From positions 38,350 to 102,349 of the forward strand of contig JAUCBJ010006864.1 in NCBI GenBank assembly GCA_032718475.1: a stretch of 64,000 nt of DNA, read 5' to 3'. Positions 35,331 to 47,191 of the stretch are shown here, piece after piece (the stretch's first letter is position 1; each line of letters starts with the position of its first letter). Both the position numbers and the translations under genes were made by a program. The notes beneath the pieces were generated by a model, which was given only the letters and a program-made list of their open reading frames with translations, did no database searches and was not told the DNA's origin. Origin of the DNA: Nemertoderma westbladi (Eukaryota; Animalia; Xenacoelomorpha).

Positions 35331-36603
35331 ACCTGAGATTGACCAAAACGGGGCCAAGATATTAAGAAGGGTCGAATCGACCCCCCCCCCCCCCGCTCCC
35401 TGGGCCCTAAGCGGGGATAAAAAACGCCCGGTCCTAAAAGGGTTAAATTCTCAATTTAGGGAAAGGAGCAGGTTGCATTGTGTCACGTAATATTAACCAA
35501 AACAATAAACTAAACACAATAGAACAGGTTACAGTTTTATTTATGAGAGTAATCAGCCGTTATTTTGCGTCGTATTTCCCCTGGAGAGGGGCTACCAGGA
35601 TGGATGTAAAAATTAAATTCTACGTCACTCACCCCTGGTGTTCACTTTATTTTATTTATCTAATACAGTAAGACCCTTTAGCAGAGTAAAATGCTCTTTG
35701 GGGCTGTTTCCCAGGTTCCGGATATGGATAACATTTCACACATCGCACTAATTGTGATTGTGATTTGTTTGCCTAGGCGATTGTGTATTACATTAGACGG
35801 GAGGCAGTTTCAGTTTGTTTGGTTGATGCAAGTTAATCTTGGTTTGCATCTTCCAATCTTCCATCTGTTTCTTAGAGTATTGGTTTGCATCTTCCAATCC
35901 CATCTGTTTCTTAGAGTATTGTAAGATCAGGTTCGTTTAAAGCCATCTTGATGCAGTTCTAGTTTTAGTACGTTATTAAACTCTTGCAAAATATTGAACT
36001 TTTATATAGAGCCGTATGGGGATAAACAGCGGGAAAAACAACGGCCTGTTGTAATATTGATTTTATATAATTTATCATGAGCAAATAATAAATTGTTATC
36101 TTACTTATTATTATTGGGTCAATTTTGTCAATTTTGTCAATAGATATCATTCTATATATAACTGTAAAAATTTGATATAAGTTTAGAGGCTGTGTGTTAA
36201 TAGAATCATTATTTGATTGCGGCAAATCTATAAGTACTATACTCCCGTTTGGCTGCTTTCCAGACATTAGACATTAAGTAAATGAGAAGAAAGTCGGTCA
36301 CGCTTTCAAAGTTGGTATCACATATGACGCGTGTGTCAATAATACCGGTAATAGCGGTAGATAACCATACACAAATGACTGAGTGACACTTTAGAATACT
36401 CAATTATGTTTATCTAATACCTAAATACCTAATAGACTAGAGGCCTACCACCTGTATCCTGTAAATCACCATATAAATCAGATGATCAAATTGTTAGACA
36501 TGCAATCAATATGTATGTAAATCGTGGTTATACTGACATGGTTATATACACTGACGGGAGCTGAACTTCAATGCCAGCCCTAATCCGCAACTGCACCACT
36601 TAC

Positions 36604-36618
36604 CTCCGTATGTAAAAT
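36604..36618 (-). CDS. Alpha-carbonic anhydrase exon 2, 15-bp micro-exon (DFTYG)
   Basis: TTTTATTTTTCAG|ATTTTACATACGGAG|GTAAGT, phase 1/1. It supplies the conserved aromatic-x-Tyr N-terminal motif. Confidence 0.8.
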
Positions 36619-36749
36619 CTGAAAAATAAAAAAAAGTTACGTAGAGTTAAATACTTACAAAACTATTAGCTACCATTAAAAACTAACTTGATATGGACCG
36701 ATAGAACGGTTTAATTGAACTAAATTGAAGCCAATGTAGATCTACTTAC

Positions 36750-36828
36750 CAACAGCTGTATATGATGCTGCTAGAGATATGAACATCAACATTATTATAA
36801 TAATGCCATCCAATTGATATGCACCCAT
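36750..36828 (-). CDS. Alpha-carbonic anhydrase exon 1 (signal peptide MGAYQLDGIIIIMLMFISLAASYTAV)
   Basis: ATG at 36828, a hydrophobic core, and a G|GTAAGT phase-1 donor. The six exons sum to 957 nt, giving 318 aa plus stop. Confidence 0.75.
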
Positions 36829-37043
36829 TTCTGTTCAACCAGCTAGCGAATCCCTTTTTAATCAAAGATAAATGGTTGATCCACTGGATTGTCAAAAAGT
36901 AATAGTCGATCCAGGACCAGGAGGTGTGACAAACGTATGATTGATCAGAAGATGGTGAACTTTGCGAAGTTTCTAAAGTTGATCTAATATTTAAAGCTAT
37001 ACATTGGAAATACAATTTATATCGAACGATAGTAACTGTGTTA

Positions 37044-37761
37044 GGCCGCTCTTTCACACTATCCAGTCAAAAGATAAAACTCAAAAGAGCAAAGTCAAAA
37101 GACAAAAGTCAATGAACTCTGATTAATTAAGAAAAGTAATGACTTTTTATTAATAGAATGTCGGCTAAAACACAAACCATGCAAATTTAACTTGAAAAAA
37201 ATTTAGATACAGAGGGGATGTTCAATGTTCAGTTTGTAGTGGCACGATACTCCAACCAAAAAAATAAACGAAAGTCGATAGCGCAGGTGATATGCTGACA
37301 GGTATATTTTTCAGAGTAATCAGTGGTTATTTGAGTTCATTTTCCCCTGGAGAGCGATGAATTTAGATTTCTTCCAGATGTAACAACACATTATTAAAAG
37401 TATGGCTTCTTCTCTTCAATAATCTTCACTTCATAATATTCGTTGTTGAATCCCACAGGTGATCCTGATTTCTGTAACCGGGAAGGTGTACAGAACAGAT
37501 TCCATCCCATTCTCTGACAAGGGATATTAACAATTCCACTTGGTCAGGGCTCCAAGGATTCAATGCTAAAGGCATGTCGATTAAAGGCGAATGGACTGTA
37601 ATAATTGTGTTTTATAATAGGTGGGTGTACAGTACTTCAAGAAACTATAATTATTACTTAGCTATAATAAATAGTAAAATATAAGGGCATTCTAGAAATA
37701 ATTAAATTATAAGATAATATTTATGTATTTTGTCTTTTGACTGGATAGTGTAAAAGCGGCC
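37044..37761. mobile_element. Longer Harbinger-like MITE directly upstream of the CA start
   Basis: Ends TTA|GGCCGCTCTTTCACACTATCCAGTCAAAAG ... CTTTTGACTGGATAGTGTAAAAGCGGCC. It contains a core-motif MITE fragment. Confidence 0.75.
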
Positions 37762-38078
37762 ATATGGTACATACAGTACATAGTAGGCCTATAAACCCTA
37801 CTTTTCATAATAAATTTTTCATAATAATCAAGAATATTTATATTTGGTGTTGCAGGCGCCCTTATGGAATATTTACATTCTTATCAGGGCGCCTGCAGCC
37901 ACCGCACTAATTATCTTTACCGGTAATTAATCATACTCGCTATTTTTTATAAATTGTCGAGTATTTAAACAGGTTAGCTCTAAATTAAATGTAGAACACT
38001 TAGCAACCTTTAACAACAATAAACTATATACTTTTATTTGCACATAGTTATCGCATGGGCTACTATATTTATACGGCC

Positions 38079-38205
38079 TGCTGCATATACACCAGTGTTG
38101 ACGTGTCATGTGTCACAGTTAGCGGTCACAGTATACGGGGTAAATAGTGACAAGTCAACCGTCAACTGTGACATGTGACACGTAAACACTGGTGTATACG
38201 CAGCC
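38079..38205. mobile_element. Palindromic MITE (Harbinger-like)
   Basis: Arms GCTGCATATACACCAGTG.. and ..CACTGGTGTATACGCAGCC of about 45 bp. Confidence 0.7.
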
Positions 38206-38234
38206 TAACATGTCACCTGCGAAGTGGCCTCTTA

Positions 38235-38432
38235 GGCCGCATTCACACCACCGAGTCAAAGTCAAAATCAAAAGACAACAAACTAGTCAAATGAAAGTAA
38301 ATATAGCTAGCAATAAAAATAATAATATATATTTTATAATACATACATAAGGGCATTCTGGAAATAATTATATTTCATGTGATGTTTTTACATTTTGTCT
38401 TTTGAGTTTGGCTCGGTAGTGTGAACGCGGCC
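38235..38432. mobile_element. PIF/Harbinger MITE, same family as 30368-30567
   Basis: Same TIRs, with a TTA TSD on both sides. Confidence 0.88.
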
Positions 38433-38514
38433 TTAGAAAGAGGCCAGTTTTTTTTTTTACAATATTTTGATATTTTGATATGTGGGGATATCTATAAATT
38501 TTCACTTGCTGCAA

Positions 38515-38990
38515 TTTGGTTAATGGACGTAATTGAAGCCTCATCGTTAAGTAAGATTCAAAATTTTATGGTAGCTAGTGTTTTAGGTAGGTTTAGCTAG
38601 TAATTACAACACTGATTCCGAAGCATGGGATCATTTTTTTATTGACTTTAAACACGTTTTAGAACGATCCCATGCGTTTTAAATATAATCCAGAATTTTT
38701 CTAAAAATGTTGTAGAACAAAAAATATTTGTTATAGAACATATATTTTTATTTAATAGCTAACATGTTCCGGAACAATTTATATACAAATAGTAATATGA
38801 ACTAGCTACCACAAAATATTTATAGAAGGAAGTAGGATGTCGGAACCAGTGCAGTCTCGAAAATTACTAGCTAAACCTACCTACTGTACTGTACTGTACT
38901 GTACCTACTGTACTGTAAAACACTAGCTACTATATAATTTAGTACAGTATATTGCTTAACGAGGAGGCTTCAATTACGTCCATTAACCAA
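38515..38990. mobile_element. Foldback-like element with inverted arms of about 105 bp
   Basis: TTGGTTAATGGACGTAATTGAAGCCTC.. pairs with ..GAGGCTTCAATTACGTCCATTAACCAA. Confidence 0.75.
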
Positions 38991-40083
38991 TGACCAAATA
39001 ATTGCAGATAATGACCAAATAATATTTTTACTATGTTCTCCCCCCCTTTATTAAATTCGTTACGCTCGGTAAATAAAATATCTCGAGTATAGTAAAATTA
39101 TTGCTTACATTATTTTCCAAGCAAATGTTACTATTAACTCACCCTATTAAATAATTTCTAAGCCTCTTTTTTGTAAACCGGTAAAATTTGCAGCAGTCCG
39201 CACATTTGTGCTGCTTGCACACTTGCAAAGCCTTTCTTAGGCCTATTTAAGTAGCTGTATAAGTAGTATAAAACGTAAACTGCAAAAAACAAACATGGAA
39301 ACACAGCATTGTCGATAATCTAATATATAAACTTATTGAAAGATCGAAAAAGCTTCGCAGAATGTAGCAAAAAAAACTGTAAATAAGAGTTAATAAAGTT
39401 AATTTAAAAAGTTATATATTTCATCTTTATAAAGTTCAGGATTGCTGATGTTATCAAATTTACCAATAGTGCGGAAAGCCAAGGCGTTGTTATACAGTAA
39501 CAACCCCAGTCATTGATTGGTAGGGGAAAATAGCCTACAACCACCAATCAGCTATCTCTTGAAATTCTTGATTCTAATGACAATATTAAATCCATTAGAG
39601 ACTGCTAATTTCATTTTTTAGCCATTATAAATAAATGTTGGAGGCGGGGAGTAACAAGACTGACGACTATAAATTATATGAACTGTCAGATAATTAATTC
39701 ATCTACTGTTTACTGGTTAGTTGTTGAAGAAACTATACACAGTTCTCAGTTTTATCGCTGTAACCATTCGGATAGCAACTCAGATTTTAATGGTAGACTG
39801 CAATTTACGTCTACATATCAGTCAATACCAATCAGCCACAGCCATTACTCGACCCTACTGCACTGACATTAGTGTTCAATGAATTCAATAACAATGCTCT
39901 GTGTCAGTGTGGCATTAGCCCATGTGGAAAATACAAGGTTTTCACTTTTCTGACGATATTTTAATGGAATTTTATGAAGAATTTGTATTTATTTTTAAAT
40001 TTTTTCAATTTATTCTCAAAGTTTTCTTTTCGCGCTGATTTATATGGCCCATGTGAAGAATTCCAGAATTTCTACCGTTATTT

Positions 40084-40447
40084 TTCACTTTGCAGTTACC
40101 CCCAAGTGAAGAATGCAAGGTTTTCACTAAAAATACAGGTTACAGAAGAGCTGAATCTAACCAAAACAATAAACGAATTAGTATATGTACAGGTTATAAG
40201 ACAGAAATAAGCGCTATAAAACACTTAATAATGATAAATTAAAAAAAAAAAATCTTCATATATAAAATTTCAATAAAAAGTCGACCGAAAAGTGAAATAC
40301 TGGTATTCTTGACATGGGCGATTTCTGTCTTATAACCTGAATAGATACTTATTCGTTTATTGTTTTGGTTAGATTCAGCCCTTCTGTAATCTGGGTTTTT
40401 AGTGAAAACCTGGCATTCTTCACATGGACGTAAACTGCAAAGTGAAC
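40084..40447. mobile_element. Inverted-repeat element (arms of about 125 bp) containing the shared core motif
   Basis: 40084-40210 is approximately the reverse complement of 40320-40447. Confidence 0.7.
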
Positions 40448-41436
40448 TATAACTGTATAACAGCAGAAAGTCTGGTATACTTCACATCGAGGTAAACTGT
40501 AAAGTGAAATATATCAGCAGAAAGTCTGGTATACTTCACATCGAGGTAAACTGTAAAGTGAAATATAACAGCAGAAAGTCTGGTATACTTCACATCGAGG
40601 TAAAATGTATAGTGAAATATAACAGCAGAAAGTCTGGTATACTTCACATCGAGGTAAACTGTAAAGTGAAATATAACAGCAGAAAGTCTGGTATACTTCA
40701 CATCGAGGTAAACTGTAAAGTGGAATATAACAGCAGAAAGTCTGGTATACTTCACATCGAGGTAAAATGTATAGTGAAATATAACAGCAGAAAGTCTGGT
40801 ATACTTCACATCGAGGTAAACTGTAAAGTGAAATATAACAGCAGAAAGTCTGGTATACTTCACATCGAGGTAAACTGTAAAGTGAAATATAACAGCAGAA
40901 AGTCTGGTATACTTCACATCGAGGTAAAATGTATAGTGAAATATAACAGCAGAAAGTCTGGTATACTTCACATCGAGGTAAACTGTAAAGTGAAATATAA
41001 CAGCAGAAACTCTGGTATACTTCATATCGAGGTAAACTGTAAAGTGAAATATATCAGCAGAAAGTCTGGTATACTTCACATCGAGGTAAACTGTAAAGTG
41101 AAATATAACAGCAGAAAGTCTGGTATACTTCACATCGAGGTAAACTGTAAATTGAAATATAACAGCAGAAAGTCTGGTATACTTCACATCGAGGTAAACT
41201 GTAAAGTGAAATATAACAGCAGAAAGTCTGGTATACTTCACATCGAGGTAAACTGTAAAGTGAAATATAACAGCAGAAAGTCTGGTATACTTCACATCGA
41301 GGTAAACTGTAAAGTGAAATATAACAGCAGAATGTCTGGTATACTTCACATCGAGGTAAACTGTAAAGTGAAATATAACAGCAGAAAGTCTGGTATACTT
41401 CACATCGAGGTAAACTACAATGTGAAATATAACAGA
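40448..41436 (+). repeat. 54-bp satellite, about 18 units
   Basis: Unit AACAGCAGAAAGTCTGGTATACTTCACATCGAGGTAAACTGTAAAGTGAAATAT. Confidence 0.95.
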
Positions 41437-42169
41437 ATAATAACACGATATATAAACGACTATAATATCAGTATAACACGAATAAGACAGATTATAATAT
41501 GCAACGAAGGAAATTTCCCTGGAGCTTTGTAAGTTTCCCGATCCTCAGGGAGGAGCGAATATGGATGTAGGAAGATGTATGGATGGCAGCCACTCAACGC
41601 TCCCAAACTTCTCCATACACTTCAAACTAATGCAATTCCATCTGAAAACTCTCAACAACTAATAAATCTCAATAAATCTCAAAACTAATTGCCTTTATTT
41701 AACGGGACGCGATATCGTCTTTCTTATGCATAACAGAACTGCATCAGAGCGTGTCTGCCACGGACTCAATTAATGATAGATAGCTCGTCCCTATGGTATC
41801 GTATTTAATGTTATCTACTTCTCCAGTAGAGCATACAATAAATAATTAACATAACAGTGAAACTTTTTAACAATTCAGTGATTTTGCAATGTTTTTTAAT
41901 TAAAGTAGTTAGTTAGAAACGCATTAAAACCTGTTACTTTGTGAATTTGGATAAATTTCCAAGCATATTGATTCAATCACTGATGCCGAACATACACTGC
42001 AAACAACGAATCTCTAGTTAAAGGTTACTGTACAATAGATTCCTTAATTGCCTTTTATCAGTTGCTTATTCACGTCGTGAGATGAGATCATCATCTGTGG
42101 TAGTATAACAGCATAATTTTATACACTTCGCATGGGCCGTGACATTGTCAACGAAGTAATAATTATTTA

Positions 42170-42873
42170 TTACATGGGAAAAAAAGTATAACTTTTTTCA
42201 CATTTCTCGAGGCATTTTATTTACGGAGCGTCGATAAATAAAGGGTCGAGAGAATATTGATAAAAAGTTATACATTTTTCCCCATGGAATACGTAATTTC
42301 ATTCTTAAATTGGTACCGGTAATTTTTTGTTGCTCAATTCTTTAATATTATATAAGATAGAGCGACATAGTGATACAAAATAAATTTTATTGTATTTTAC
42401 TGTTATTTGTTTACTGTTATAGTGTTATTTTGCAGTTTATTTTACTATATAGCTTCCATAGTTACTCTAATTCAAATTACTGTACTATAATCTTTAACTC
42501 CTGATGCTGCCCTACTCAATGTTAAATATTTTAAGTGTTCTCGAACACTTAAATTTGTTAAGTAACTAGAGAGCCGCTTAACAACAAAAACCAATATTGG
42601 ATATTGAGTTCCGTTTTGGAATTCGCCTTGCGGACACTGAAGTTGCAATAACTTTTGGGTGTTTAAATGGATTTTGCTCAAATTACGTGCAAACCTTTTC
42701 TACTTCGATGCACTTTCAACACATGTAATAAAATTTAAGAAATTCCACCAAAAATGTTATAAATTACTATTTTAGCTGGGAAAAAAAGTAAAATCAATAC
42801 AATCTTATGGGCTAAATTTCTCCTGATTTTATATTCTAGCGAAAAAGTAACAATTTAAGAATAAAAATTATGT
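42170..42873. mobile_element. Non-autonomous element made of a palindrome plus a second inverted-repeat pair (Crypton-like architecture)
   Basis: CATGGGAAAAAAAGTATAACTTTTT..AAAAAGTTATACATTTTTCCCCATG is followed by TAATTTCATTCTTAAATTG..CAATTTAAGAATAAAAATTA. Confidence 0.5.
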
Positions 42874-43291
42874 CAGTTATTATTAGAGTATAATATTAAC
42901 ATCAAGCGCGATAACCTTTAACTTCATATTAATATATTAAAGTACCTAAAGCAATGAAATAATATGCACAAGTTCTATACGTATCGATTTTTACATAAAA
43001 TTTACAAATGTACAAAATTTAGCCTAAATGTTGCATACTGCAAGGTTTGAATTTATAAAGTTGGCGCCAAAAATACATAATTACATAATAAAAAGACGGT
43101 TCTGAGCTACTGTATAAATCGCCTAAAAAACTGTAAAATATTTATTCAGTTATATAAAGGGATGCGGGAGCTAATATCTAGCAAATGTAAAAACATATAA
43201 TTAATACTATCGGTCGGTATGTATGAGTTACAAATCTGTGTCCATGTTAGTGATGTGTGCGTTGTTTTTGATTAGGATAAACAAACTGTAT

Positions 43292-44580
43292 CTAAAATAG
43301 TGTGTGATAGTTAGAGAAGTTCAGAGATATCGATTTAACTTTAGTATTTAACGTGGGTTTGACCTCGCGAATTAGTATGGCTTCATTGATTAGAGAGTCG
43401 AATTGGTTGTTAGAAGAAGCAAGTATAGTATCGGTTGGGTGGTCCTCAGTAAGTGAATGTTCTAGAACGGCTGAGTAATTAACTGATTTTACACGTTTGC
43501 CAGTGAGAGAAGATGTTGCCGTATGTTCACCTATGCGGGCACAAAAGTGTCGGGTAGTTTCACCGACATAAGAAGATTGGCAGCTTCCACATTTGTATAA
43601 ATAAACTATATTGGACCGCAAGTGAGTCGCCATCTTAACCTTAGCTGAAAACATGTAACCAATCCTAAACGCCGCGCCGGTTTAAACACTACTTTTAGAT
43701 CTGCGTAGCGAAGGGAGATTTTAATTAGTTTGAGGAGTCGATTTTTGCTGAGTGTATAGTGCGTGCCAGTGAAGGGTAGTACGATTACGAATGAGAGTTT
43801 GTTGCAAGTTTGTGTGGGAGGTTTATTGTTATTCATTTTATTTAGTAATTGTTCGGTGGCACCATTGAGTATACTCTTCGGGTAAACATCGCTTAGTAAC
43901 GTCTTGTGTAATTTTAAAAGGTTGCTGTGGAAAATTAACATGTTTGAACATATGGGCCGGGCCATAATGGAGTACCGTATTTATGGATTTTTGGAAGTCC
44001 ATATAGTCGAGCTAGTTGAATACCTGTGGGTGTTTATCTGTTAATGGTACTGTATCAACGTTAATTAGTTTTTCAGTATCTTGTAGTGTCCATAAGTAAT
44101 TCCTAATCTTTTTCTCTCCATTATGTATTACATTGTATACCAGTCTCCTTTCAGTGGCAGGAATTTAGACTTGCCCATCAGGATCTCGTTCATCTTCTCC
44201 AGATAATTCGATTTGTTTTGAACCACGACCGCGTTGCCTTTGTCTGCCCGGGTGATGACCAGATCAGAATATTTGGAGAGTGACTTCAATGCGAGTAGTT
44301 TATCTTTAGAGAGAAAGAGTTGCATACGGGATTGGTAAGTGTATGGTGCAGTTATTACAATGTCTTTGAGTTTAGTTTTAAATCGTTCGTGGCCTATCAG
44401 ATTAGGTTCGTGTTTTACATTACGGTAAAGGCGTTCACTACCGGTAAGTAGTCGTGTGCTATTAATCGTCCAGGTGGGAGTGAGTAGTTTAGACCTTTCG
44501 CCAGGGCTGATCGTTCAATATCATCAGATATTTGGTAGTCTGATATGTTTATTACGATGTAGTTACTGTAAATAGGAGTA
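43292..44580 (-). pseudogene. Penelope-like element remnant (GIY-YIG endonuclease; RT core deleted)
   Basis: Reads SNIVYLYKCGSCQSSYVGETTRHF..RIGEH...EAILI..KPTLN, with upstream LVITRADKGNAVVV and ERSALAKGLNY. Confidence 0.85.
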
Positions 44581-44953
44581 GCCCTATTTGTGTACGGATT
44601 GGCACGCCACCGATTTCAAAAGATTGCAGAATATGACTTTCGGTCACACTGAAACTACCACAGTTAGTTAAAGTTATTTTTGATAAGTACAGTACAGTAG
44701 CACTCAGGCAACATCATCTTCCAAAGAAATATAATATAATATAAAATAAAACTAATAATATAATATAAAATATAAAATAAAATTAATAATATAAAATAAA
44801 ATATAAAATATAATGTGAAATATAAAATAATTGCATTGAAAATTCGTCAATGAACATATTGCAGTACAATATGCATATCTTCGAAATACAATGCGGGCAC
44901 CAATGACTCAAACTTTTCGGTGTTGTATTGATACAGGGGGGTGTATTGAGACA

Positions 44954-45176
44954 GGGGGGAAACTGGACGCAAAACCCGCCTTAGCGAATTAATATCCCGC
45001 CTCAATGTTAAATTCTCAATTTAAGGAAAGGATACAGTGGCACGTTTTTTAACCAAAACAATAAACTAAACACAGTAGAACAGGTTACAGTTTTATTTTT
45101 GAGAGAAATCATCTTTTAATTGCGTCGAATTTCCCCTGGAGAGGGATGAATTTTTATTGCGTTCAGTTTCCCCCCG
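44954..45176. mobile_element. MITE of the GGGGAAACTGGACGCAA family (intact reference copy; others at 32160-32210+35443-35640, 32627-32857, 45839-46245)
   Basis: TIRs GGGGGAAACTGGACGCAA / TTGCGTTCAGTTTCCCCC enclose the internal core motif. Confidence 0.8.
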
Positions 45177-45584
45177 TATCTGGTTGTATTATGGATTTTT
45201 CTACTAAAATATTTTGTTGGTAACTATATTTTGTTTTGATCTCATTAATTTGGAATCAATATATTTTGGACAATTTTTGTTTTCTTTTAATTGTTTGAAT
45301 AACTTGAGTAATTTATAATTGTGGATTTCCTTATAGATTTATATACATTTAATTTGTTTGTTATGGTGATGTCAATTATTGTCAATAAACTTAACTAACT
45401 AACTAGGCCTAACAAAATTTATAATCAACTGTGTTTGACAATTAATAATTGACAGGTTTATCGTTTACAGACATAACAATAATTGGCAGGTTTGTCATTT
45501 ACAGACATTGCAATAATTGGCAGGTTTATTATTTACAGAGATACAATAATTGACAGATACGAATATTCCAGGGGGCCCAGATTA

Positions 45585-46610
45585 ATGTGGCGACCGGCCG
45601 TCGTTTTCTTGGAGGCTTCCTTGGCAGCAACACTGAACAGGTTGATTTCGTGCGTGCGAAGTTGACTTAGGGGGTTCGTTGTGTTGACCAATTTAATGTG
45701 TTGACCAATTAACAGAAGTGGGGAAGGAACTGCCGCAGGCGGTATTTTCCGCCATGGTCTGTTGTGTTCCCTACATCGCGAATGGTCATACCTCCAACGG
45801 GTTACGCACGATTGCGCGCCCATGTTCTAAGCAGATATGGGGGGGGGGGGGGGGGGGACTGGACGCAATAAAAATTCATCCCTCTCCAGAGGAAACTGGA
45901 CGCAATAAAAATTCATCCCTCTCCAGGGGAAACTGGACGCAATTAAAATTCACCCCTCTCCAGGGGAAACTGGACGTAATAAAAATTCACGCCTCTCCAG
46001 TGGAAATTGGACGCAATAAAAATTCATCCCTCTCCTGGGGAAATTTGACGCAAATAACAGCTGATTACTCTCAAAAATAAGACTGTAACCTGTTCTATTG
46101 TGTTTAGTTAATTCTTTTGGTTAAAATATCGTTCCACTGTAACCTGCTCCTTTCCCTAAATTGAGAATTTAACATTGAGGCGGGGTATTAATTCACCAAG
46201 GCGGGTTTTGCGTCCAGTTCCCCCCCCACCCCCCCCCCCCCCCCCTTTCCAGTTCGGAGTCCTTTAGGAAGCCATTGCGGAAGCTTCTTGCCTGCAGTAT
46301 TGGGGGGAGAAGTTTCAACCTGCGAGAGGAGTATATTTTCATTGTCCCCGAGTTCTGGGGGCCTAGGGTAGAGGAACCCGATAGAAGAATCTGATCCGTC
46401 ATTTAAAGTATCCAAATCAGATACCCTTCTGATGTAAAGGAGAGACTGACTTCTGCCTTGAAGATCATCTGAGCAGCCAGCGAAAAGCCCCTCAAAATGG
46501 CCCGAGATGAACAACTCGCACAAGAGTCGATTAAGTTCGAACAACTCGCACAAGAGTCGATTAAGTTCGAACAACTCGCACAAGAGTCGATTAAGTTCGA
46601 TGAAGCACTG
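45585..46610 (+). pseudogene. Probable CRE-like (RLE-type) non-LTR retrotransposon fragment, split by the MITE at 45839-46245
   Basis: Reads GRRFLGGFLGS..FVRAK..ELPQAVFSA..EWSYLQR, then after the MITE ERSIFSL..GGLG.RNP. A 30-bp triplication lies at 46511-46600. Confidence 0.6.
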
Positions 46611-46860
46611 ATGTACCCAAATTCTAGAATACACACACAGTATGACTAAGTTATCGTATCTGTACAAAAGGCGGGGAGATTAGTGAAGGGTTTGTAGGAG
46701 AAACTTTATACGACGAGACCACGCGAATTGGGAATTACTACATTGTTATAGAGCCAGACAGCGCAGCGTCGAGCAGAATAACCGTTTCATTGAACCTTGG
46801 AACGCATTATCCAAATAATGTGTGGCGAGCCACGAAGGAACTAAACAGGACGAACGTCTT

Positions 46861-47191
46861 CAAAACAGGACGACTGCAACGAGGCTTATAATGAAAACGA
46901 GTACTGCGTTTATTATATTCCTATAAACCACCTGGCTTTGCATATTGAACGTGCGATTGGAAATAAGTTCGTGCTACCCTTCCGTGGGTGGTAGATGTCG
47001 CGGTTATGTATTGGTGGTTGGGAAGGGTGGGGGAGGGGAGATTAAAAGGGGTGAACACGTACTGTCCCCCTTTCTTTGATTGATTGGTGGTGTGGGTAAA
47101 TTTCTCAAAACCTGATTTTGTGATACAGTCGCTCAATTTTAATTTGTATCTCATAACTGGGCCTCGTGCTGCGCGAAGGCCCTACGAACGT
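46861..47191 (+). repeat. Dispersed duplication of about 330 bp, near-identical to 48330-48660
   Basis: The same spurious 77-aa ORF appears at 46921-47154 and 48390-48623. A diverged partial copy lies at 48167-48262. Confidence 0.9.

Larger units (their letters stand above)
32211..35442. mobile_element. piggyBac-like non-autonomous element, inserted at TTAA inside a MITE, in CA intron 2
   Basis: Ends TTAA|CCGTCTTAGAGCCGGG ... CCCGGTCCTAAAAGGG|TTAA. Removing it restores CTCAATGTTAAATTCTCAATTT as seen in the intact MITE at about 45000. Confidence 0.8.

Noticed and set aside
40447-41532. 318-aa and 342-aa repeat ORFs on both strands
   Set aside because: The 54-bp unit is a multiple of 3, so open frames arise trivially. 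There is no gene context.
41515-41555. CTGAGGA..GAAA hammerhead-like core on the minus strand
   Set aside because: Only 4 nt are available for stem II, and stems I and III do not pair correctly.
43000-44750. Hammerhead expected in the flanks of the Penelope remnant
   Set aside because: No intact CTGANGA...GAAA core was found on either side.
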